Of a stretch of DNA of 64,000 nt, positions 20,810 through 28,891 are shown in pieces. The number at the start of each line of letters is the position of its first letter. Positions within the stretch are counted from its first letter, which is position 1. The position numbers were made by a program, and so were the translations under genes. Under the pieces are notes generated by a model. That model was not told where the DNA came from. It did not search any database and saw only the letters and a program-made list of their open reading frames with translations. Where the stretch lies: IMG/VR virus record IMGVR_UViG_3300025141_000020, positions 124,001 through 188,000 of that record; one strand, written 5' to 3'.

Positions 20810-20875
20810 ATGAAATGTGATTGTCAAATATGTAAGTGTGGTACGACATGTGACTGTACTTGTTGCGACTGTTAA
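20810..20875 (+). CDS. 21-aa Cys-rich metallothionein-like peptide MKCDCQICKCGTTCDCTCCDC
   Basis: Translated by hand: ATG 20810, TAA 20873-75, 9 Cys of 21 aa. A-rich leader like neighbouring genes; terminator follows. Below the ORF-track length cutoff. Confidence 0.75.
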   Translation: MKCDCQICKCGTTCDCTCCDC

Positions 20876-20903
20876 ATAACAGTTAATTAAAAAATAAAGA
20901 TAT

Positions 20904-20932
20904 AAAAAAACCACTTATTAGGTGGTTTTTTT
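20904..20932. terminator. Bidirectional rho-independent terminator
   Basis: AAAAAAACCAC-TTATTAG-GTGGTTTTTTT between convergent genes. Confidence 0.8.
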
Positions 20933-20936
20933 GTTT

Positions 20937-21242
20937 TTATATATCATCATGTTCATCGTGGTCCTCGTAATCATATTCATGAGTTACTGTTGTATGAGAC
21001 GGTTTTGGTTCTTCCGGCTCTACTGGTTCTGGTGGTGTGTTACCAAAATTTTCAGATGCTGTAAACCCTAACCCAGCCATTACAATCCACTGTAAAGATT
21101 CAAACATATTGGATGCTACTTCAAAATTCCAGAACAGATTAGCTACATACCCTATTATCATAAATAATAGACATATAAATGTTACAACTCTTTTACTAGA
21201 GACTTTACTCCCACTACTTAACATGTTTTTAAGAAAATGCAT
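20937..21242 (-). CDS. Small 2-TM membrane protein (holin-like candidate)
   Basis: SSKRVVTFICLLFMIIGYVANLFW and WIVMAGLGF hydrophobic segments; acidic His-containing tail. Confidence 0.5.
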   Translation of the reverse strand: MHFLKNMLSSGSKVSSKRVVTFICLLFMIIGYVANLFWNFEVASNMFESLQWIVMAGLGFTASENFGNTPPEPVEPEEPKPSHTTVTHEYDYEDHDEHDDI

Positions 21243-21253
21243 AATATTTGTTT

Positions 21254-21841
21254 TTAAACTTTTGAAGCTGTTACATTGTCACCAATATAAAACTGATTAC
21301 TTCCTTCTAGTCCTTGCCACATTGCCTGACGTACATCTGTTGCTTCATCAAAAACAACTTTAATTTTTAACGTATAGTAATTTGGGTAGGATATGTATAA
21401 CCCATTTTGTGCCATCTCCTCTTCATCTAATAATGCTCTTGCTACATTTGTTTTAACCGTTCCAGCTTCCGACTTTAGTATCATCGCTACATTACCTTCA
21501 GTTATATATGCATCATCAACTGGTAAGTCATAACCTCCAGCCTCAAGACTATAATAATTAGTTTTATGTCTTCCACCTACTGTACCTGTTATTTTTAAAT
21601 TCTTTGAGCTGGTATCGTAAACAAATAAATCTCTAGGTAGTCCATTCAGTAAGTTACCACCTAGGTTTCTCTCTACACCTGCTTCCGGGTCCGCCATTAC
21701 GTCTACATCGATTTCTATTTCTGGTTTTCTGTCCTCAACTTCAGTTAATACTGATGTAATTCGGTTATCTTTAGACTCTACTAAATGTAGCCCTCTAATC
21801 CTGTTCTTTTCTTCTTCTGTTAAACTAAATATATTTTTCAT
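21254..21841 (-). CDS. Hypothetical late protein with putative capsid-targeting leader
   Basis: MKNIFSLTEEEKNRIRGLHLVE...VLTE; late motif at 21855. Confidence 0.6.
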   Translation of the reverse strand: MKNIFSLTEEEKNRIRGLHLVESKDNRITSVLTEVEDRKPEIEIDVDVMADPEAGVERNLGGNLLNGLPRDLFVYDTSSKNLKITGTVGGRHKTNYYSLEAGGYDLPVDDAYITEGNVAMILKSEAGTVKTNVARALLDEEEMAQNGLYISYPNYYTLKIKVVFDEATDVRQAMWQGLEGSNQFYIGDNVTASKV

Positions 21842-21889
21842 AATATGGTTTATTTATAAATATCTAGTAGCAATAAAAAGGTTAATATG

Positions 21890-21921
21890 TTTGGTTATTA
21901 AAAAAATTATATTTATCTTTG
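21890..21921 (+). promoter_or_regulatory. Bacteroidota housekeeping-type promoter
   Basis: TTTG(21890)-N20-TATCTTTG(21914). Confidence 0.8.
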
Positions 21922-21961
21922 TAGTACAATTATCGGAAGTTTAATTATAAAATCAAAAAAA

Positions 21962-22189
21962 ATGAATAAAAAGAAAATTTTAATATGGTCAGTTATTATA
22001 ATAGCTCTAGTATATTTTAGACATGCAATCCTTGCTGGTCTTGTAATGGCATATATGTATCTGTTCCAAGCGGATAAAATAGATTCTATAAAAAATATAG
22101 AATTTATTCCTGTAGAAGAAGTGGAAATGATAGATACAATACCTACTGACACTCTTATTATTAATACCGACACCTCAAATTTACAATAA
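21962..22189 (+). CDS. Small membrane-anchored hypothetical protein
   Basis: N-terminal hydrophobic segments; first gene after the host-type promoter. Confidence 0.6.
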   Translation: MNKKKILIWSVIIIALVYFRHAILAGLVMAYMYLFQADKIDSIKNIEFIPVEEVEMIDTIPTDTLIINTDTSNLQ

Positions 22190-22191
22190 AA

Positions 22192-22797
22192 ATGAAAAAA
22201 ATACTTAAGTGGGTTTTCTATGCCTTAATTGCAAAGATAATGTTATTTATTAGTTTTATTATTCTGTCTTTAATATTAACATATATTACTGTGGATTCGG
22301 ATGCTCAAGGACCTTTTAATAAAGAAATTTATTTAAGTGATAATGGAATACACGTAGACTTAGTTATACCTGATAATGGGAAATACATTGCTTATGGATG
22401 GGGAAGTGAAATATTTTATATAAATACACCGACCTGGGATGAACTAACTATAAGTAATGCTTACAAAGCCTTATTTACTGAACCTTCTAGTGTAATGCAT
22501 GTAACTACCTACAATCAAATAGAAAGCTCGTGGATAAAAATAGAAGTAAATGAGAAACAATTATCTAATATAAAACGTTTAATTAATAAGTCATTTAAAT
22601 TAGATGATAACAAAAATAGAATAAGGTTTGAAGGAGCAGGTTATTATCATAATGATGAATTCTACAAAGCGGTTGGTCGATATTCTTTTTTCAGAACTTG
22701 TAACTCATGGACCAACGAACTACTTAAAAAAAGTAATATTAAATCTTGTTATTGGACACCCTATAGTTTTGGTGTTGTTAATAACCACAAAAATTAA
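22192..22797 (+). CDS. DUF2459-like membrane-anchored protein (papain-like His/Cys dyad)
   Basis: NGIHVDLVIP, YGWGSEIFY and YSFFRTCNSWT; N-terminal TM segment. Confidence 0.7.
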   Translation: MKKILKWVFYALIAKIMLFISFIILSLILTYITVDSDAQGPFNKEIYLSDNGIHVDLVIPDNGKYIAYGWGSEIFYINTPTWDELTISNAYKALFTEPSSVMHVTTYNQIESSWIKIEVNEKQLSNIKRLINKSFKLDDNKNRIRFEGAGYYHNDEFYKAVGRYSFFRTCNSWTNELLKKSNIKSCYWTPYSFGVVNNHKN

Positions 22798-22802
22798 ATA
22801 AA

Positions 22803-23351
22803 ATGAAAAAATTATTATTGTTATTATTCCTATTAGTTTATAGTATTAGTTATTCTTCGGGTGTGATGGATTCTTTACATCCTGTTAAAGTAACTCTTTA
22901 CACACCTCTAATGTCAGAAAAATATCTTCCTGGACATATAGAAGCTGAAATACTTAATGTAGATGGTTTACCTAATTCTATAAAAATAAATTATGATTTC
23001 ACAAAAAGTCCTCAAAAAGGTGGTGATTATTATTATGTAAATTACTGGCCTTCAGGAAATAAAAAACCAGAAGTAAATCCTAGTAAAAAATATAAGGGTA
23101 TAAAAACAATAATAATATATCTTAACGAGACACAATTAGTTAAATTTATTAAAAATGCTAACAAAATTGCTAAGGAAATAACCAATAAAACATTTGGTGA
23201 CTATAGGGTGGGTTATAACTTAATAAAGAATAATTGTGCTGACGCTTTATTACTTTCGTTAGGTTTAACCCCTAAACCTTACAAGTCTTTAGGCATTACC
23301 ATTCCTGGTAATGTATATAATGGAATCGTACTAAACTTTAGTGATTACTAA
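22803..23351 (+). CDS. Secreted permuted papain-like (DUF4105/PPPDE-type) protein
   Basis: Signal peptide MKKLLLLLFLLVYSISYS; GHIEAE followed later by YNLIKNNCADAL. Confidence 0.55.
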   Translation: MKKLLLLLFLLVYSISYSSGVMDSLHPVKVTLYTPLMSEKYLPGHIEAEILNVDGLPNSIKINYDFTKSPQKGGDYYYVNYWPSGNKKPEVNPSKKYKGIKTIIIYLNETQLVKFIKNANKIAKEITNKTFGDYRVGYNLIKNNCADALLLSLGLTPKPYKSLGITIPGNVYNGIVLNFSDY

Positions 23352-23382
23352 AAAAAAAAGCCCTCTTACGAGGGCTTTTTTT
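23350..23382. terminator. Bidirectional terminator ending the major capsid transcript
   Basis: A10-GCCCTC-TTAC-GAGGGC-T7. Confidence 0.9.
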
Positions 23383-23400
23383 AATATATTAGATTAATAA

Positions 23401-25197
23401 CTATCTAAGTTCTCTAACATCAAACGTTCTAACTCCGTCAACAGTGATTCTTCCGTAGAATCTATTGTTCACCATTTTCTTAGCGTATCTAGTCATGATA
23501 CCTTTGATTGGTGTAAAGTTGAATGGGTTATACATTGTAGGAGTTAACTGTAATGGTACATACGGTGCGTAAACGTACCCAGTATCCAATAAAGATGTTC
23601 CTTTATGTCCAATTAACACTTGGTTAGCTGGGAAGTAAGGGTCTCTATATACAGTAAATCTTCCTGATAATGTTCCAATTTTCTCAATACCCATATTGTA
23701 TTGGTCTTGGTCCGCTGCTGCGTTAGAAACGTGGAAGTATTCCAAGTCATCAAATATCGCAGAAACTTCAGAAGAACATACAATCCAGTTAGCCCCACCT
23801 CTTAAAGTAGACTTGTGGATTTGAGCTGAAATTTGGTTAACCGCTGTGATTAATGTTTGGTTCCAGTCTTTTTGAGTATATGGAGCTTGACCAGCTGAGA
23901 ATCTCTTCCAACCGTTGTAGTCCCATCTTAAATCCCAAGCTGCACCTTTTCTAAGGTCTCTTAAGATTTCTCTATCAATCTCTGCAGCAACTTCTTCAGA
24001 TAATAAAGCTGTTAATTCAGCTTCAGCATCTATGTTGTGGAATGCAGAAACGTCTTGTGCAAGTTCTGGTGACCATTGAGCTCTTAATTTTCTTTCACTT
24101 ACAGAAACTGTAACACCTTGAAGGTCGAAAGAAACTTCTCCCATATCTTCTTCAAATTCTAATGTAGCGTATTGTCTCCATTCTGCATTGAACTCAAAGT
24201 TTGCACCAGTTCCAGTCATACCAACATAACCATCAACTGAAGTACAACTAATACAAGCTGGACAAGAAGTATCAACCTCTAAATAGATATCTCCATTTGC
24301 GTCACACGTATCAGCTCTATCTACAATACCAAAACCGTATTTCTGTGTAACAACACGGAATAGGATTGGTGTTTGTGTTCCATACCCTAACGTTGAAGCT
24401 GCAATCTGATTACTTGTAGTTGCCGTAACAGAGTCACAACAAGATAAAATGTTAGCTGTAGTTAATTGTAATGAAGATAAGAAATCTTCTGTATCTTGCT
24501 CATTTCCATCAGGCCCAGTTAAAGTACCAACACCTGTTTGTGAGAAACCAGATAACTTAACAATAACACCTCTAGTACAAACTGTTACATCTCTTTGACC
24601 ATCACTTAATGCTGGTGGAACTGCTCCATTCCAGATAACCTCTACAGTACCTGCCGTTACGTTAGTGTATTTACCTCTAGAATAATCATAAGTACCATTA
24701 TCCATTTCTTGTGGTGAATTACCTGCATAGTAAGCGTCATATAGATTTCCTGTCGCTGCTGATACTGGATTAGCGTTGTTTGGATTTCCTGTTGACCCCA
24801 TTGGTGCTCCGTGAGTACCTGTACCAGGAGGTCCTACCTCTGTTCCTGCTACTACAGTTCTAGGTGTAATTTTAGGTACGAAGTAGAACAATTTACCAAT
24901 TGGTAAGTTCATAGCTTGTACAGAAACGATATCGTTAGCTAACAATTTCGAGAATACTCTTCTAATGATTGGAAATACAACCGTTTCGAAGGACCCTGAA
25001 TCACCAGCCGTCGTTGCTTCGTTTATTAAATTTGTTGCTTGGTTTTCATATAACTGTGCAACATTTTCTTTGACATGCCCTTTAAGTCCATCTAAGAACC
25101 CAAGACCATCCCATTTTTTTAAGGTATCTTCCTTGATAACTTTAAGGTGTTTTAAACCTATGTTACCAACCATACCTGATTCTAATAGTGCTCCCAT
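23401..25197 (-). CDS. gp23: Major capsid protein, T4 gp23-like, with an enlarged Cys-rich insertion
   Basis: VSVQAMNLPIGKLFY, RKLRAQWSPELAQDV, HNIDAEAEL, EIDREI, YAPYVPL, GIMTRY. Confidence 0.97.
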   Translation of the reverse strand: MGALLESGMVGNIGLKHLKVIKEDTLKKWDGLGFLDGLKGHVKENVAQLYENQATNLINEATTAGDSGSFETVVFPIIRRVFSKLLANDIVSVQAMNLPIGKLFYFVPKITPRTVVAGTEVGPPGTGTHGAPMGSTGNPNNANPVSAATGNLYDAYYAGNSPQEMDNGTYDYSRGKYTNVTAGTVEVIWNGAVPPALSDGQRDVTVCTRGVIVKLSGFSQTGVGTLTGPDGNEQDTEDFLSSLQLTTANILSCCDSVTATTSNQIAASTLGYGTQTPILFRVVTQKYGFGIVDRADTCDANGDIYLEVDTSCPACISCTSVDGYVGMTGTGANFEFNAEWRQYATLEFEEDMGEVSFDLQGVTVSVSERKLRAQWSPELAQDVSAFHNIDAEAELTALLSEEVAAEIDREILRDLRKGAAWDLRWDYNGWKRFSAGQAPYTQKDWNQTLITAVNQISAQIHKSTLRGGANWIVCSSEVSAIFDDLEYFHVSNAAADQDQYNMGIEKIGTLSGRFTVYRDPYFPANQVLIGHKGTSLLDTGYVYAPYVPLQLTPTMYNPFNFTPIKGIMTRYAKKMVNNRFYGRITVDGVRTFDVRELR

Positions 25198-25231
25198 AAT
25201 TTTTTTAATTTTTTTAAGCGTTTATTTATTA

Positions 25232-26758
25232 TTATAATTTAGACATTAAGTCTTTCATTCTACTAAATTGAGGGTTTTCATATACTTTTGATTCCAAAAG
25301 TTTTCCGCCACTCCCACTAGTAGATGATTTAGTAATTTTTCTTTCAACAGCTTCAGAAATAGTTTTGGTTTTATCCTTAACTTCTTGTGAAAACTCTTGT
25401 CTGATTACCTTATACAACCCTTTAGATTCCTTCAATGTTTTAACATTGTCGAAACGCTTTAAGATGTTGATTTTCTCCTGCTTAGTAGTTGAATGTTCAG
25501 TGAATACTCTGGTAACGTAAGCAAGGTTAGAATTAAACACACCCACTTCATTCAATTTATCTTTAAAAGTAATTAATGCTTTTTTATACTCAACATTTTT
25601 TGATTTTAAAGAGTCTACTTCTTCTTTAAGAAGATTGTAGGACTTTCTTATACGACTTTCACCTAGGTTAGCTTTTCTTGGTCTACGAGATTCTCTTTGT
25701 TTCCCCCATTTACCTTGTCCAGCCATTCTAGAAAATGAACTATTCGGTCCAGCTTTTAATCTACTAGTTTCCTCTATTTCACCTTCCATTTCATAATCCT
25801 TATAATGCCCATCGACATCACCAGATTTATGACCCTTAGTTCTTTTGTACTCATCTTTCTTACTACCCCAAGTTTCTTCAACTTCACCTTCAACATCATC
25901 GCCTTCTCTATGTAACATACCTAAAGATTCGTCTTCTCTATCATCATAACCTTGTTCACCTCCAGATAATCGATGTAAAGCATCTGGTGTTTCACCATAA
26001 TGTTTTCTCATCCCTTCTCTTTCATGTCTTCTATCACCATAAGATTGTCTTTCGTCCATTTCCATTGAGTCGTCTGTTTCGTCTAACTCATCGTCATATG
26101 AAGATAAAGCTCTTTCTGATTCAGGAGCATCTACGCCCATTACACCAGTTTCGTCAAAATCTTCGTCCATCTCGATTTCATAGACTACTTCGTCAAGTCC
26201 TTCTTCGTTATCAGTAGTTTCGTCTTCAGTCTCAACCACTTCTTCTGTGTCATTAATGGATTCTTCTTCTCTCATGATTTTTGATTTTTTAGATTGTTCC
26301 AACTTAATTAGGTATTCAGTATCCGTATTTGTATCGGTCAAATCGATTTCATTATCGTCCTGTTGGATAATAATTCCGTCTTCGTCACCCATGGCTTTGA
26401 ATACTTTTAATACTTCAGCATCTGATGCTAATGTTAAATCTAGAGGTGGTAACTCTAGTGATACTTCGTCGTCTTCAGTATCGTCCTCCACATCAAGTCC
26501 TAAATCGAGGTCCATTGTCGGTTCTTCTAAATCCACCGTATCGGCTTCATCTTCCAAATCTTCAATATCTAAATCGATTTCAACTTCTTGTTCGTCTTCT
26601 TGCTCTTCTAGGTAATCATTTTCGCTTAATGATTCTTTTACTAATTCATGAATTTCTTCCTTCATAGTTGATGAAAGTATTTCTTTTGCATTAGACCTCA
26701 TAGTTTCTTCTAACTGTTCGGCCTCGAGCAACGCTTTTTCTAAGATTGTTTTACTCAC
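25232..26758 (-). CDS. Prohead core scaffold protein (gp22-like, long and acidic)
   Basis: Lies between protease and MCP; highly acidic; coiled-coil C-terminus (LNEVGVFNSNLAY); GTG start. Confidence 0.75.
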   Translation of the reverse strand: MSKTILEKALLEAEQLEETMRSNAKEILSSTMKEEIHELVKESLSENDYLEEQEDEQEVEIDLDIEDLEDEADTVDLEEPTMDLDLGLDVEDDTEDDEVSLELPPLDLTLASDAEVLKVFKAMGDEDGIIIQQDDNEIDLTDTNTDTEYLIKLEQSKKSKIMREEESINDTEEVVETEDETTDNEEGLDEVVYEIEMDEDFDETGVMGVDAPESERALSSYDDELDETDDSMEMDERQSYGDRRHEREGMRKHYGETPDALHRLSGGEQGYDDREDESLGMLHREGDDVEGEVEETWGSKKDEYKRTKGHKSGDVDGHYKDYEMEGEIEETSRLKAGPNSSFSRMAGQGKWGKQRESRRPRKANLGESRIRKSYNLLKEEVDSLKSKNVEYKKALITFKDKLNEVGVFNSNLAYVTRVFTEHSTTKQEKINILKRFDNVKTLKESKGLYKVIRQEFSQEVKDKTKTISEAVERKITKSSTSGSGGKLLESKVYENPQFSRMKDLMSKL

Positions 26759-26868
26759 GTTTTTTATTTTTTTTAAAAATTGTTAGGTGCATACATAGTA
26801 TATGCACGGTTTTATTATAAATATAAGTTTATTGTAAAAAATCCTTCTTAGGATTGAATTAAAGTGAT

Positions 26869-27570
26869 TTACTGACTTAAGAAATTATTTAATCTATTCA
26901 TTAGATTAACTGACTTGTCAACATTTAGTGATTTGTTAGATTTTTTTGTTTCTACTACTGGTAATTCTTCGTCAACACTGTCAGGGGTTTCGTCCTCTTT
27001 AAATAAGTATGAACCTGGTGTAGATGGTGACGAAACTAAATCAAAACATACCAGTTCAAAGTCTTCCTGGACTTCGTTGTACTCACCATTTTTTGTTAGT
27101 GAGCCCACACCTCGAGATGAGATACCTAATGTAACACCTTGTCTTAGTAGATTAGCTGCCATATCACCAACACAAGAAATAACACCTTCTTTAAGATATC
27201 CTGGTGAAGTTAATAATTTTAATTTGCCTACTAATCTATTTCCGTCCCACCATGTCTCTGTTATTATATGCGAAGCTCGGTCTAAATCAATTAAAGATGA
27301 TTCTGGGTGGTTCAATTCTGATATAGCTCCCCCTTTCTTTATAACTTCTTGATATCTCTCATTTTCTCTTTTAAGAATACTTTCTGGATATACTCTACCA
27401 TTTCTGTTTGGTACCCCGTATTTTTGTAATATAGCATTCATATATATCTCCCCGTCGAAGTTATCTTTTGCCATCTCTTTAATTATGCCCTTATTATCTA
27501 TCGGTGAAATATAACCATCACTTTCGACTAATATGCCGTGACCTATCTCTCTAGCTTCTAAAATTTTCAT
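26869..27570 (-). CDS. gp21: Prohead core protease (gp21-like, U9/S80)
   Basis: NRNGRVYP, ELNHP, GISSRGVGS, FDLVSSPS. Confidence 0.93.
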   Translation of the reverse strand: MKILEAREIGHGILVESDGYISPIDNKGIIKEMAKDNFDGEIYMNAILQKYGVPNRNGRVYPESILKRENERYQEVIKKGGAISELNHPESSLIDLDRASHIITETWWDGNRLVGKLKLLTSPGYLKEGVISCVGDMAANLLRQGVTLGISSRGVGSLTKNGEYNEVQEDFELVCFDLVSSPSTPGSYLFKEDETPDSVDEELPVVETKKSNKSLNVDKSVNLMNRLNNFLSQ

Positions 27571-27637
27571 ATTTCTCTTTTTTTATAAATATAAAACTAG
27601 ATAAAAAAAACTATTAATGTTTAAGTATTGTTTTAAA

Positions 27638-28075
27638 TTATTTTTTCTTTTTGTGAAACTTAAATGTGTTGGTTGTAGATAGTGGCCCATTTATGACTTT
27701 TCTGGTTATTTTGTTGATTGTATCTGATAATATTCTGGATTTTATGTGGTATTTATTTTTATAATTTAAAAACATTGTCACCTCACACCTCATAAAACTA
27801 CGTTTCCCTATTTTCATACCACTAGCTCTAAGGTCTAAATCTACTATAGCTTTTTCTTTAAATTCAGTATCTTTTAGTTCTTTGTGTATAAGATTATCTA
27901 TGTTATATTTGAACTTTTTTATTGGGGTTGCCCAATTATCAACTTCTTCAAGCGGTTCTACCCAAGTACTTAAATTTAAGTATAATGATTTTAATGTGGT
28001 AGAGTCTACCGTACCATATGATGTTCTAAATACATCTGAAATGTTAGTTCTAACTTCTCTTCCTTGTTTTCCCAT
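27638..28075 (-). CDS. Hypothetical protein in the head module
   Basis: Full ORF co-oriented with the head genes. Confidence 0.6.
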   Translation of the reverse strand: MGKQGREVRTNISDVFRTSYGTVDSTTLKSLYLNLSTWVEPLEEVDNWATPIKKFKYNIDNLIHKELKDTEFKEKAIVDLDLRASGMKIGKRSFMRCEVTMFLNYKNKYHIKSRILSDTINKITRKVINGPLSTTNTFKFHKKKK

Positions 28076-28119
28076 AATATTAACTTTTTACTTAAGTTAA
28101 TAATAACAATTGTGATGTT

Positions 28120-28866
28120 TTAGTTCAAGTCCTCTAAGAAGCCCCTAACCCTAATGTAGTTAGTTTTGGAGCTTGTTAATGTGTTAATTTCGTTCTTGGT
28201 TTCGACTAATTTAGCGGAAATATTGTCGTCTTTTGAATCGGATAGAAGTTTGTTTAATGTGGTAATTGCTGTATCTTTTACATTATTAAATTCTTTTATT
28301 ATACTATCTTCAGTCATTAATAATGTATTTTTAAGGATGCCTTTTTCCGATTCAGTTAATTTACCACCAAATTCCTTTTCATAATTTTTAGAAATTACGT
28401 GTGCCAACACCTTTGGTGTTATGGTCTTCTTTATTCTCTGTTTGGTGTTTTTCTGAATCATGGCCTCAGATAAGAATTTTTTTGATTTTACATTATCCTC
28501 TAACCTTTTTACACTATTATTAAATATTAAGCTGTCTATCTCTTCGTAAATTTTATTGGTTGTGTTGGTGCATAAGTCTTTTCTATCACCGATAATTTTA
28601 TCTAGTACGTTTTTAACCTTAGTTAATTCTTTTTTATTTCTTTTAAGGTGTCCTAAAGCTTCAGATATATAGACTCTACTATCCTCGATAGTCTCAAATC
28701 TTTTACTTTCTATTTCATTGTATAGGGTAAAGAATTCTCTAAGTGGTTTGGAAAATTTCATAGCTCCCATAATTACAGAAAGATTTTTTTTAAAATCTTC
28801 TTTATCTCCATAAGAGTTTTCTAAAATATTGTCTAAATTTTGTTTGTATTTGGCAAATCCTTTCAT
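28120..28866 (-). CDS. Hypothetical helical protein in the head module
   Basis: Late motif at 28881; ORF between portal and protease. Confidence 0.65.
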   Translation of the reverse strand: MKGFAKYKQNLDNILENSYGDKEDFKKNLSVIMGAMKFSKPLREFFTLYNEIESKRFETIEDSRVYISEALGHLKRNKKELTKVKNVLDKIIGDRKDLCTNTTNKIYEEIDSLIFNNSVKRLEDNVKSKKFLSEAMIQKNTKQRIKKTITPKVLAHVISKNYEKEFGGKLTESEKGILKNTLLMTEDSIIKEFNNVKDTAITTLNKLLSDSKDDNISAKLVETKNEINTLTSSKTNYIRVRGFLEDLN

Positions 28867-28891
28867 AAGTATGGTTTATATATAAATATAC

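Noticed and set aside
20937-21242. Complete lysis cassette
   Set aside because: Only a holin-like candidate is present; no endolysin or spanin motifs are recognisable nearby.
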